The notes under the pieces: model-generated
Told to the model about the DNA's origin: nothing
What the model saw: the letters and a program-made list of their open reading frames with translations, nothing else
Databases searched by the model: none
Shown here: positions 7,480-16,181 of the stretch, piece by piece
How the letters are laid out: each line of letters starts with the position of its first letter
Position numbering within the stretch: the first letter of the stretch is position 1
Translations under genes and position numbers: made by a program
Assembly (NCBI GenBank): GCA_963712115.1
Contig: CAVQGX010000035.1
Location: 1 to 19,394 of the forward strand
Reading direction: 5' to 3'
Source of the DNA: an uncultured delta proteobacterium
GTDB taxonomy: Bacteria; Desulfobacterota; Syntrophobacteria; BM002
DNA: 19,394 nucleotides

Positions 7480-9096
7480 CTATTTTCTCTTTTGGTTATT
7501 CTTCTCCCTCGCAAGCTCGAGCTCCTTTTGAATTTCATCTTTGCTGATTATGAGCGACTGGAATTTGGAGTAGTGTAGAGCTCTAGAGGGCTGATGTTCC
7601 TGTCCGTCCTCTTTTAACGCATCCATAATGCTTCCTTTTTTCCAAGCTGTTATAAATGCGTTGACGTACATAGGATCAAACTGTATTCCTTTTCTTTGAC
7701 GCAATTCCTCGATAGCAAGTTCAGGATCGAGACCATTTCTGTAGGGCCGGGTGGTGGTCATGGCGTCAAAGGCGTCACACACTAGCAGCAGTCGGCCCTC
7801 CTCAGGAATTTCATTTTGTTTCAATCCATAGGGATAGCCATTACCATCCCAATGTTCGTGATGGTAAAGGATAAAGGGAAGGACCGGCTCCAGGAAATCT
7901 ATTCCGGCAACCATCTTGGCGCCAATCTCCGGATGCTGCTTCATAATCTGCCATTCTTCATCAGCCAGCTTTTCGCTCTTCAAGAAGATACTGTCAGGAA
8001 TGCCGATCTTGCCGATATCGTGAAGAATTCCACCTAATTCAGCCGTGCCCAGCTCCTCCCCTGACCACCCCAAAGAGGAGGCAACAGCCACGGCAAGACG
8101 ACTGACTCGCCAGTTGTGCCCCACAGTGTATGGATCCCTTGCGTCTACGGCCTTGGCTAAAGCACGAATTGTATCCCTGTAGCTCCTTTTTAACTGGCCT
8201 AAATAAAGGGCGTTCTGAATCTGTACCGACGCCGGACCGGCTATCGAAATCAGGAGCTCAAGATCATCCTCGGTAAAAGCTTTAACCTGGCTGGACGCAT
8301 CCAAGTAGATGACCCCAAGAACCTCATTTTGCCGGATTAGAGGCACGCAGAGGGCGGAACGGATTTGGTCAAGGGAGATGCTTTCACTCAGGGAAAATCG
8401 GTCATCCATGGTTGCATCATCAACCAGGATTCCCACTGAATCTTCCAAAACCTTGTTCAGTATACTGCGGCTGAGAAGGGAGGTATCTAGACCATTGCCC
8501 CCAGCCTTGGCCTTGGAGCAGACAATGTCGAGCTCTCCTGTATCCTCGTTGAGGGCCAGCACTGCCCCCCGTTCGGGGCCAAACATCAGAAAAATTTCCT
8601 CGAGGATCTTCTCCAGCACCATCTCCAGAACCAGATCGCCCCCAATTGCCCTGTTCATTCTCATGATTGCCTGAAGACGCTGCAGGGTTAAATCGTCTCC
8701 CCCTGTGGCAGAAAGTTGTCCAGCTATCTGGGTCTGGGTCAGATCTGGCATCCTTCTCTCGATAGCTATGGTTGCGAGGGGGTCTTTAATCTCAGGCTTA
8801 CCGATTTCTCTCTCTGAGAAGCGAAGCTCGGTAAAGCCGATAGTGATGGTGTCACCAGGTCGCAAGAGATGGCTTTCAATGTTTTCGCCGTTGACAAAGG
8901 TCCCGTTGCTGCTTTTCATGTCTTCTATAAGAAATCCCTCATCTGTTGCGAGGATCTTAGCGTGATTTCTCGAAACCTTTGCATCGATTAAACGGACTTT
9001 GTTGTCTGACCTCCTCCCAATGGTCAGCTGAGAGCGAAATGTGTGCTTTTGGCCCTGAAACGGCCCACTGAGGATCTCGAGGCAACCAGTTCTCAT
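7480..9096 (-). CDS. FHA-GAF-HD-GYP protein, putative cyclic dinucleotide phosphodiesterase
   Basis: FHA motifs IGRRSDN, VSRNHA, SSNGTFVNG; GAF SALCVPL...GVIYLD; HD-GYP ILHDIGKIG, HHEHWDGNGYP, DAFDAMTTTRPYR. Confidence 0.93.
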   Translation of the reverse strand: MRTGCLEILSGPFQGQKHTFRSQLTIGRRSDNKVRLIDAKVSRNHAKILATDEGFLIEDMKSSNGTFVNGENIESHLLRPGDTITIGFTELRFSEREIGKPEIKDPLATIAIERRMPDLTQTQIAGQLSATGGDDLTLQRLQAIMRMNRAIGGDLVLEMVLEKILEEIFLMFGPERGAVLALNEDTGELDIVCSKAKAGGNGLDTSLLSRSILNKVLEDSVGILVDDATMDDRFSLSESISLDQIRSALCVPLIRQNEVLGVIYLDASSQVKAFTEDDLELLISIAGPASVQIQNALYLGQLKRSYRDTIRALAKAVDARDPYTVGHNWRVSRLAVAVASSLGWSGEELGTAELGGILHDIGKIGIPDSIFLKSEKLADEEWQIMKQHPEIGAKMVAGIDFLEPVLPFILYHHEHWDGNGYPYGLKQNEIPEEGRLLLVCDAFDAMTTTRPYRNGLDPELAIEELRQRKGIQFDPMYVNAFITAWKKGSIMDALKEDGQEHQPSRALHYSKFQSLIISKDEIQKELELAREKNNQKRK

Positions 9097-9170
9097 CTGT
9101 ATGATCCCTATAATAGCTTTATTGTGCTCGATTATTACCGAGAAGTGAATAGCCCCAGTGTGTGGCTAGA

Positions 9171-9209
9171 GCATTGTCGGTGCCATAGGTTCTAGCAAGC
9201 CCCGTACCA
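9171..9209 (-). promoter_or_regulatory. Two tandem sigma-54 -24/-12 elements upstream of the HD-GYP gene
   Basis: Minus strand TGGTACGGGGCTTGC (9195-9209) and TGGCACCGACAATGC (9171-9185), both GG-N10-GC. Confidence 0.7.
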
Positions 9210-9252
9210 AAGTTGAAGGCAAATAAAAAAATAGGGAGGAGGAATGGTTCTT

Positions 9253-9299
9253 TGGCCAGATGGTCTCTGGCCGTTTGGCCAAATCTAGTGATTTAGCCA
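9253..9299. promoter_or_regulatory. TGGC-N6-GCCA palindrome with degenerate neighbours (putative shared enhancer)
   Basis: TGGCCGTTTGGCCA at 9268-9281 (perfect arms); two-mismatch copies at 9253-9266 and 9286-9299. Confidence 0.6.
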
Positions 9300-9326
9300 C
9301 GGCAATCGGGAGCCCTTGGTATGACT

Positions 9327-9339
9327 TAAAAGTCTGATT
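9327..9339 (-). promoter_or_regulatory. Putative IHF site between enhancer and sigma-54 element
   Basis: Minus strand AATCAGACTTTTA matches WATCAR-N4-TTR, beside an AT-rich tract. Confidence 0.4.
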
Positions 9340-9369
9340 TTACGTGATATTTTCAATTAAATAATAGTT

Positions 9370-9384
9370 TGGCAGCAACTTTGC
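9370..9384 (+). promoter_or_regulatory. sigma-54 -24/-12 element upstream of YVTN gene
   Basis: TGGCAGCAACTTTGC(T), GG-N10-GC. Confidence 0.7.
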
Positions 9385-9430
9385 TCATACCCCTTGCCTG
9401 ACTAATGTCAGCATCTTGGGGGGGAGGAAG

Positions 9431-10881
9431 TTGTTCAAATATCTAAAGACTAAATTCTCAGGTTTTGCCATCCTTTGGACTCTACTTAGTCTTGGGCCTG
9501 CGAGTCAGAGCTACGCATCTGTTTATGCCTACGTGAGTAACTCATTCGACAATACTGTATCTGTGATACGCACCTCTGACAACGAAGTCATCTCAAACGT
9601 TGCTGTTGGAGAGTGGCCCTACGGCGTAGCCATAAGTCCCGATGCAGAGTACGTTTATGTCAGCAATACCGGTGACGACACGGTCTCTATTATTCGAACC
9701 TGTGATAATACCGTCACCGCAACCATCAGGGTGGGTACGTCGCCTGGTGGCGTTTTTGTGGGCCCCGACGGGGCATATGTCTACACAGCCAATAACGACG
9801 ATAACACCGTATCTGTAATCGACACTTCCAACAACACGGTCATCGCTTCTGTTGATGTGGGTTTGTGGCCCGAGGGGCTGGCGGGAACTCCTGATGGGGA
9901 GAATGTCTATGTGGTCAATACGGGTGATGGAACTGTATCGGTGATCCGAACATTCGATCTCAGTGTCATTGCAACTGTGGAGGTGGGTGAGTGGCCGTAC
10001 GGCGTGGCCGTGAGTCCAAGTGGGGAGCATATCTATGTGTCGAACACTAGTGACAACACTGTATCCGTAATCCGCACCTCAGACAACACGGTTATTGATA
10101 CTGTCAAGGTCGGCACCAGACCAATTGGCATTGAGGTGACGCCTGACGGCAATTACGTTTATGTCGCTGTAAGTCGTGACAACGCAGTGTCTGTAATCCG
10201 AACCTCGGATCACAGCGTCAGCGCAACAGTGGAAGTGGGCGGTTGGCCCTGGGGTTTGGCTGTCAGTCCCGAGGGCGACTACGTCTATGTGTCAAATATC
10301 GCTGATGACACGGTATCAGTAATTAGAACGACAGATAATCTCACTACAGATGTTTTAACTGTGGGAGTAGATCCATACAGCTTCGGTAAGTTTGTTTCTG
10401 ACGTATCGGATGAAGTGGAGTGGGTGAATACAGTTGTCGATGGCGAGCAAATAGGAATTAAAGGTAAAATAAATGTTATAAAGATCGATACCTTTTTGTC
10501 TATCGATCCAAATACCATCATTGACAAAATTGACAAACCTGACAGCCTCCCCTACGGCCTTCTCAGCTTCAACCTGACAGTTGGCAGTCCAGGGGATGTG
10601 GCTGAAGTAATAGTCTATCTGTCCGAACCAGCCAAAAGTGGAGACAAGTGGTATAAGTACGACTCTGTTAACGGATGGCAGGATTATTCAGCCCACTCCT
10701 ATTTTAGTGCAGATAGAAGAGCTGTAACCCTGGAGCTACAGGATGGTGGCTACGGCGACGCCGATGGCATAGCAAACGGTGTCATAGTTGACCCCAGTGG
10801 CTTGGGATCAACTGGCGGATCATCTTCTAATGGTGGTGGCGTGGTGGTGGTTGCTTTATTGCCACGGCAAGTGATTCATGA
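9431..10881 (+). CDS. Secreted 7-repeat YVTN beta-propeller protein with choice-of-anchor U-like domain; Gly-rich CFIATA tail out of frame by 1 nt at about 10841
   Basis: TTG 9431 after GGAGG, signal peptide ending SQSYA; seven about 42-aa YVSN..DNTVSVI repeats; PYGLLSF...WYKY...LQDGGYGDADG..NG.IVDPSG domain. Alternative frame from 10843 reads GGGCFIATASDS* (TGA 10879-10881). As written the ORF reads on to 10978. Confidence 0.85.
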
Positions 10882-10901
10882 AATATCCGTGGTAACCTCT
10901 C

Positions 10902-11318
10902 CTAGTCACATTCTCCGATACGACGGCCATTCGTGTGGATGGTCATTGACATGCCGGATGGGGCCATGGACATACTGATCTTACCTTCGAAACTGTCGCC
11001 CCGGTAGGTTACTGTACCATTACCATTCATTTCACCGCCTTCGCCGCGGCAATGCATGGTCCAGGTCACAGTATCTCCAGACACAGTGGTTTTGGTGATT
11101 TTACATTCCTCTCCAGGTTGTCCGGTCTGCGGAACGTAGTCATTTTCCGTAATACACTGGGTGTGAGTCATGGGTGGCATGTTCATCTGCATTCCAGGCA
11201 TTTCCATTCTTGTAGTCACTTCCCACTTGCCTGGTTTGACATTAGGCTTTGAACCGGCAAGGGAAAATGAAACGGTGGCTAACAAAATAACTGAAACGGC
11301 AAGTAGTTTGCGTGTCAT
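10902..11318 (-). CDS. DUF3617-like secreted protein
   Basis: Signal peptide, KPGKWEVTTRMEMPG, TQCIT, four Cys, terminal GRRIGECD; GGAGGAG RBS. Confidence 0.85.
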   Translation of the reverse strand: MTRKLLAVSVILLATVSFSLAGSKPNVKPGKWEVTTRMEMPGMQMNMPPMTHTQCITENDYVPQTGQPGEECKITKTTVSGDTVTWTMHCRGEGGEMNGNGTVTYRGDSFEGKISMSMAPSGMSMTIHTNGRRIGECD

Positions 11319-11338
11319 AATGGCTCCTCCATTAATTA

Positions 11339-11486
11339 GTGCTCATGCGAAAACAATGTTTTTCGGACTCGCGCCATTAGCGATCAGCGTTCAGCCTTCA
11401 GCTAAATATACATACATCCAATAGCTTAAGCTGAATGCTGAACCCTGACAGCTCCAGCCGGAAATCTTTGGTTTCCCGATGGACAC
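11339..11486. mobile_element. Degenerate MITE family B with central heptamer hairpin
   Basis: Left GTGCTCATGCGAAAACAATGTTTTTCGG aligns with the reverse complement of the right end GTGTCCATCGGGAAACCAAAGATTTCCGG; TTA on both sides (11336-38, 11487-89); inner hairpin of TCAGC / GCTGA heptamers 11373-11452. Confidence 0.6.
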
Positions 11487-11607
11487 TTATTAGTTACTGA
11501 TCCATCCGGGCAGGGGTGGGATAAATTACCACAACTTATCGGAGGCAGTCAAAATGAGTTGAATCGTAAGATTCATGGAGGAATATGAAATATCCGGGTT
11601 AATGGTC

Positions 11608-11979
11608 TCAATCAGCCAAAAAGCCTTTGACTGTGGTGACGAGTTTATCCATGGAAAAGGGCTTGGTAATGTAATAGTTGGCGCCGGTTTGCTCACCCAT
11701 GAGACGATCTTCATCTTTGTCCCTGGCTGAAAGCATAATGACAGGAATGTGTTTGAGCTCCTTTTGGAACTTCAGAAGTCGAGCCACTTTGTACCCATCC
11801 ATACCGGGCAGCATAATATCGAGGATAACCAGGTCAGGTTTCTCGGTGCGGGCCAGCTCAAAGCCATTATGGCCGTCATTGGCTGTCAAGCATTCATAAT
11901 TTTCCTGTGCAAGCCTCACTTGAAGGGTTTCAACCAGATCAGGTTCATCGTCCACAATAAGAATCCTTTTTTTGTCCAT
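11608..11979 (-). CDS. Single-domain response regulator receiver (CheY-like)
   Basis: ILIVDDE, phospho-Asp in LDIMLPGMDG, LSA, TKPF; no output domain. Confidence 0.95.
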   Translation of the reverse strand: MDKKRILIVDDEPDLVETLQVRLAQENYECLTANDGHNGFELARTEKPDLVILDIMLPGMDGYKVARLLKFQKELKHIPVIMLSARDKDEDRLMGEQTGANYYITKPFSMDKLVTTVKGFLAD

Positions 11980-12058
11980 TTTCCAGCCTCCATAGTATAG
12001 TTCAAGTCACAGTCCAGCAAGTGGGAAAAGGTGACGTGATTTTCCCTGATGCAAGATA

Positions 12059-12073
12059 GCAAATTGTGCGCCA
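12059..12073 (-). promoter_or_regulatory. sigma-54 -24/-12 element upstream of the response regulator
   Basis: Minus strand TGGCGCACAATTTGC(T), GG-N10-GC, in the 115-bp gap after dctM. Confidence 0.65.
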
Positions 12074-12094
12074 GTTTAAGGAAGCTAAAAAGGA

Positions 12095-13357
12095 CTACCT
12101 GACCAAAAGTAGGCTCAAGGCGGGAACATAGGTGATTATGAGGAGGGCCACCAGGAGAATACCCAAAAACGGCAGGGAAGCCACACCTAGACGTATTATT
12201 GACTTCTCGAACCTGAGGCTGGCAATAAACAGGTTCATGCCGATGGGTGGGGTGGAATAGCCGATCTGCAGGTTGGTCAGAAAAACAACCCCCAGGTGAA
12301 GCAGATTTATATCATATCCCTGGGCAATGGGGACTATGAGTGGTGCTACGATCACCAGGGCAGAATAAATATCGAGCACACATCCGACCAGGAGCAAAAA
12401 AATGTTCAAAACAATAAGAAAGAGGAATTTGCTCTGCACGTGACTCTGGATCCAGAGGAGAATCCTGCTGGGTACTTGTTGGTCGATCAGGAAACTGTTT
12501 AAGGCGAGGGCGGCGGCGAGAATGATTATGATGCTTCCCACCATGACTACGGTCTTGCCAATAATTGTCGGCATTTGATGAAGCTTCACGTCGCGATTGA
12601 TGGCAAGTGCAACCACGAGTACATAAACCAGGGTAACCACTGCTGCCTCACTAACTGCGAGGAAGCCACTGTATATCCCGCCGAAGACCACTACGGGAAG
12701 CAATATTTCCCAGATTGTCTCTCGGGAGGTCTGAAGTAGTTCCCGGCGATCGAAGGTGATAATTCTGCACTCGCCGCGGACGCCCTTATAAACGCTATAC
12801 CCGGCAAGTAAGGCCAGCAAAAAAATACCTGGTATAAGTCCCGCAAGGAAAAGCTTAGGAATACTGACACCAGCAACAACACCATAGATAATCATTGGCA
12901 AACTGGGAGGGAAGAGAAGACCGAGGCTTCCTGAGCTAGTAAGCAATCCTAGAGAGAAGTCTTCAGGGTATCTTTCTTTCAGCAGGGCGGGCAAAAGCAA
13001 CCCTCCCAGGGCGACGATAGTGATCCCAGAAGCGCCGGTAAGGGCAGTGAAAAAAGCGCAAGAGAGCAAGGCGACCACTGCAAGACCACCGCGAACGCAA
13101 CCAAAGACTGCAGTGGATAGCTTAACCAGCCTTTGACCGGCACCACTTTCTGCCAAGACATATCCGGCGAAGGCAAAAAACAATAGAGCAATGAGGAGGG
13201 GATTGGCAGCCAACCGGTACATTTCGATGACCACAATGGAAAGGTCCACCCCGATGAAATAGAAACAGCATAAGGCGGCGGCAGAGATGACCACGAAGAG
13301 AGGAGCGCCGGAAAAAGCCATTAATATTAGGAGGAGGGTAAATAGTGCTGTTTTCAC
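12095..13357 (-). CDS. dctM: TRAP transporter large permease
   Basis: Polytopic membrane protein with GSLGLLFPPSLPMIIYG and TPPIGMNLF; GTG start overlaps dctQ stop. Confidence 0.95.
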   Translation of the reverse strand: MKTALFTLLLILMAFSGAPLFVVISAAALCCFYFIGVDLSIVVIEMYRLAANPLLIALLFFAFAGYVLAESGAGQRLVKLSTAVFGCVRGGLAVVALLSCAFFTALTGASGITIVALGGLLLPALLKERYPEDFSLGLLTSSGSLGLLFPPSLPMIIYGVVAGVSIPKLFLAGLIPGIFLLALLAGYSVYKGVRGECRIITFDRRELLQTSRETIWEILLPVVVFGGIYSGFLAVSEAAVVTLVYVLVVALAINRDVKLHQMPTIIGKTVVMVGSIIIILAAALALNSFLIDQQVPSRILLWIQSHVQSKFLFLIVLNIFLLLVGCVLDIYSALVIVAPLIVPIAQGYDINLLHLGVVFLTNLQIGYSTPPIGMNLFIASLRFEKSIIRLGVASLPFLGILLVALLIITYVPALSLLLVR

Positions 13358-13869
13358 GTCTCCATCCCCCCTTCTCCCCCGACGAGTTCACTGATAGAGC
13401 TGAAGCCGAATCTGAGAGCCATTATTGCGAAGCCCATGGGAAAAATTAATTCAAGACACCAATAGGGAATGGATGCGAAGGCAATATCACCGGCAAGTCG
13501 TTCTCCCCTGACAAAGTTCCAGGAAGCCCAGAAGAGAACAGCACACACAAGAAAGGAAATTAAATAGCAAATAGAGTTTGCAATGAGGCTTATCCGGGAG
13601 GGCAATACCCTAGGTAAAAGGTCAATCCTGATGTGTTTCTTCTCGAGGGTGGCCCGACATGCACCCAGGATGCTAATCCAAAGCACCCCGTGTCTCAACA
13701 GGTCATCACCCCAAACTAGCCCGGTTGAGAAGAAATTGCGCAAAATGATTTGCAGGACTGCGAAAGTGGCAAGAGAGCCTAAGAGGATTACAAGCAACCA
13801 TTTCTCCAGATTTTCAAAGAACTGGATGATCCCCTTGACATACCTGGAGACAGATGCAGCCACAGTCAC
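13354..13869 (-). CDS. dctQ: TRAP transporter small permease
   Basis: Four TM segments, QIILRNFF, HIRIDLL motif, between P and M genes. Confidence 0.92.
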   Translation of the reverse strand: MTVAASVSRYVKGIIQFFENLEKWLLVILLGSLATFAVLQIILRNFFSTGLVWGDDLLRHGVLWISILGACRATLEKKHIRIDLLPRVLPSRISLIANSICYLISFLVCAVLFWASWNFVRGERLAGDIAFASIPYWCLELIFPMGFAIMALRFGFSSISELVGGEGGMET

Positions 13870-13874
13870 TCCCT

Positions 13875-14894
13875 CTAACTGGCCCGGTATTCTTTGAGTG
13901 TTGCCCTGACCTTTTGCAAGGTGTCTTTAGGGAGACTTTTCGGATCAACTTCAAGGACGGCTTGATCAAGTATTTCCTTGAAATGTTCCGATTCTCCCGG
14001 TGCCAGCGGTATGCTTTTCACCCCGCGACTTAATATGATCTTTAGTGCCTCGTCATTGTCTTTTCTGGTTCTGTCGGTGAGACGGCGCGTATATTTCATG
14101 CAGACTTTTCTGATTGTCTCCTGATCTTGAGATGAAAGGCGCGAAAAAGTCTTGTTGCTGACAAGTAAGGCACCCCCTATGTAGGCAAGGGGTAGATCGT
14201 TTATATACTTTACCTGGGTGTACCACTGAGTTACCAGGGCGTAATAGGGGGAGTTATAAACTACCTCCACCAGGTTAGTTTGCAGGGCCACCAAAACGTC
14301 CGGACCGCCAATTGCCACGGGCGAGGCCTGAGCCTTATAGAAGACCGCGTTGGCAAGAGGCGCATTGGCCGTGCTCCATACCTTCTTGCCCTCAAGGTCC
14401 TCAACCTTGCTAATCGGGATGGTACTCATAATGTGAATAAAGCCGATCTCAGACCACCCCAACACTTGGTAGCCCTGTTTAGAAAAACTCTGGTTGAATT
14501 CACCAACCATTTTTTCCAGAACGTAATCGACCTCCTGGTAGTTGTTGAAGAGAAAGGGGACCTGAAGGGTACGGATGTCCGGGTTGATATCGGCAAGAAA
14601 ATTAGCAGTAAAAGTCGCTCCGTGAATTAAACCGAACCGCAGCTTCCTGAATATATCCCGTTCATTACCCAGGGCAAAACCTGAAAATAATTTGAATCCC
14701 ACTCGCCCCTCAGTCTCTTTTCTGACCTCACTGTCCATCTCCCTGAAAATTTTCATCAGGGAGCTGTTTTCCGGGGCAAGGGTGGCCAGCTTGATCTCGT
14801 GCTGCAGGTCGGCTGCCTCACTGGGTAATGAACCAAGGAGTAGGAGCAAAAGGAGAACAACGATCACACCGAGATACTTTCCCCTTCGTTTCAT
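13875..14894 (-). CDS. dctP: TRAP substrate-binding protein (DctP/TatP type)
   Basis: IKLATLAPENS, LQTNLVE motifs; ATG 14894 (MKRRGKY..., GGAG RBS) gives a clean signal peptide and removes the overlap with tatT. Confidence 0.9.
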   Translation of the reverse strand: MKRRGKYLGVIVVLLLLLLLGSLPSEAADLQHEIKLATLAPENSSLMKIFREMDSEVRKETEGRVGFKLFSGFALGNERDIFRKLRFGLIHGATFTANFLADINPDIRTLQVPFLFNNYQEVDYVLEKMVGEFNQSFSKQGYQVLGWSEIGFIHIMSTIPISKVEDLEGKKVWSTANAPLANAVFYKAQASPVAIGGPDVLVALQTNLVEVVYNSPYYALVTQWYTQVKYINDLPLAYIGGALLVSNKTFSRLSSQDQETIRKVCMKYTRRLTDRTRKDNDEALKIILSRGVKSIPLAPGESEHFKEILDQAVLEVDPKSLPKDTLQKVRATLKEYRAS

Positions 14895-14916
14895 CGGTTC
14901 TCCATTACTGGCCAGT

Positions 14917-15810
14917 TCAAGGTAATACCATAAAATATTCATCTGCTCTCTCCAGCAACTCTCTGGCCTTCTCTTTGGCCAGGGTGTTTGACAAGGTCAG
15001 CTCTGGTACTTCATCCAAAGTTGCTTCCAGCACTTCTTGCAGGGTATTTTTGAAAAGGGCTCGGTCCTTGAGCCTCACGGCATAATATCTGGCAAAGAGC
15101 ACTTTGGCCGCAAGGAGTTTAACTGCACCCAGGGCGAAGGCCTCATCGAAATGTTCTTTGGCTTTATCCAGGTTGCCTCCAGCAATTGACGGTTTGGCCG
15201 CCAGATATACAGCCATATGCAGATGAGGGCTGCCGTAGTAAAATCCTTGGTCCAGTTCAATCACCCTCTGCATGGTGGCTTCCAGCATGGGCATATCAGC
15301 CAGTGCCTCCAAGCTGTCTAGATGGAGGCTGATCCACTTTGCCCAGGCGCTGGTAGTCCAGAAGAGTGCAGGCACGTATTCCTTGTTGTAGCTTCTGAGA
15401 AAAATTACAAAGTCATCAAGAGGGCCAGAGGCGGCCTGCTGAAAATCCCGCTTTATCGAAAGAGCTCTGAAACCATAATCCTTAGCCTTGGCGAAGAGTA
15501 AAGATGCCTTTACCGGGTCTGAATCCTCGACGAAAGAGGTGGCATAAACGGTATAAGCCTGGCAGCCAGCGGTCAACAGTTCACCGTTATTTGGATATGC
15601 CTCGATGAGGCCGTCCACGAGCATAAGGTAGGCTGGGCTGCCATCACGAACGATGGAGGGATCGGGCTGTTTAGCTGCTGCGCGGAGAACGTCCTCTGCA
15701 GTATAGGCCGCAGCCGCGACTCTGGCCTGCTTAGCAGGTATACAGCCTCCTGCGTAAAGGAGCAACCATAAAGAACATAATGCCAGGGTACCCCTGGGAC
15801 CAGATAACAT
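14917..15810 (-). CDS. tatT: TRAP-associated TatT-family lipoprotein (TPAT T component)
   Basis: Lipobox-like AGGC, helical TPR-like protein with GGNLDKAKEHFDEA and FARYYA; first gene of T-P-Q-M operon; GGAGG RBS. Confidence 0.85.
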   Translation of the reverse strand: MLSGPRGTLALCSLWLLLYAGGCIPAKQARVAAAAYTAEDVLRAAAKQPDPSIVRDGSPAYLMLVDGLIEAYPNNGELLTAGCQAYTVYATSFVEDSDPVKASLLFAKAKDYGFRALSIKRDFQQAASGPLDDFVIFLRSYNKEYVPALFWTTSAWAKWISLHLDSLEALADMPMLEATMQRVIELDQGFYYGSPHLHMAVYLAAKPSIAGGNLDKAKEHFDEAFALGAVKLLAAKVLFARYYAVRLKDRALFKNTLQEVLEATLDEVPELTLSNTLAKEKARELLERADEYFMVLP

Positions 15811-15870
15811 TAAGACCTCCTAAAATGTTGTGGGTTGCAGAATTATTTTTGCCGAAAACTATAGACAACA

Positions 15871-15900
15871 AAAATATTCATTAAATTGGCCTCCTGTCAA
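15871..15900 (-). promoter_or_regulatory. Possible sigma-70 promoter of the TPAT operon
   Basis: Minus strand TTGACA, 18-bp spacer, TATTTT. Confidence 0.4.
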
Positions 15901-16014
15901 GGCAAGGAAGAAGCAAAAACTGAACCTTGACCTTAATCAATCAGTCTGAAAGCACCATCGTTTTCTTACAAAAATAAAGGTGCTAATGCGAATGTCGAAG
16001 ACCTAAACCTTGCG

Positions 16015-16152
16015 TAAGAATACAGAATCCAGCATATAGTAAACAAAGGAGCATTTTCCCTATCTACTGATTACTGACTACTTGCCCTGAGCATGTCGAA
16101 GGGCTGACTACTATGTTCCTTGATTTCGAATTGCAGATTGTAGCATTTTAAT
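16015..16152. repeat. Heptamer arrays with embedded REP-like palindrome GCCCTGAGCATGTCGAAGGGC
   Basis: TGACTAC-type units at 16061-16111 are interrupted by the palindrome at 16084-16104; other 7-period runs flank it. Confidence 0.6.
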
Positions 16153-16181
16153 TTAGTTTTATTGTGAAGAGGTAAAGACCT

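Noticed and set aside
9520-10400. About 126-bp periodic repeats as a CRISPR or non-coding array
   Set aside because: They are degenerate in-frame YVTN propeller blades; no constant repeat with unique spacers and no cas genes.
10841-10978. Hydrophobic VVVVALLP... tail as a membrane anchor
   Set aside because: It is the shifted reading of GGT repeats and runs 77 bp into the convergent gene.
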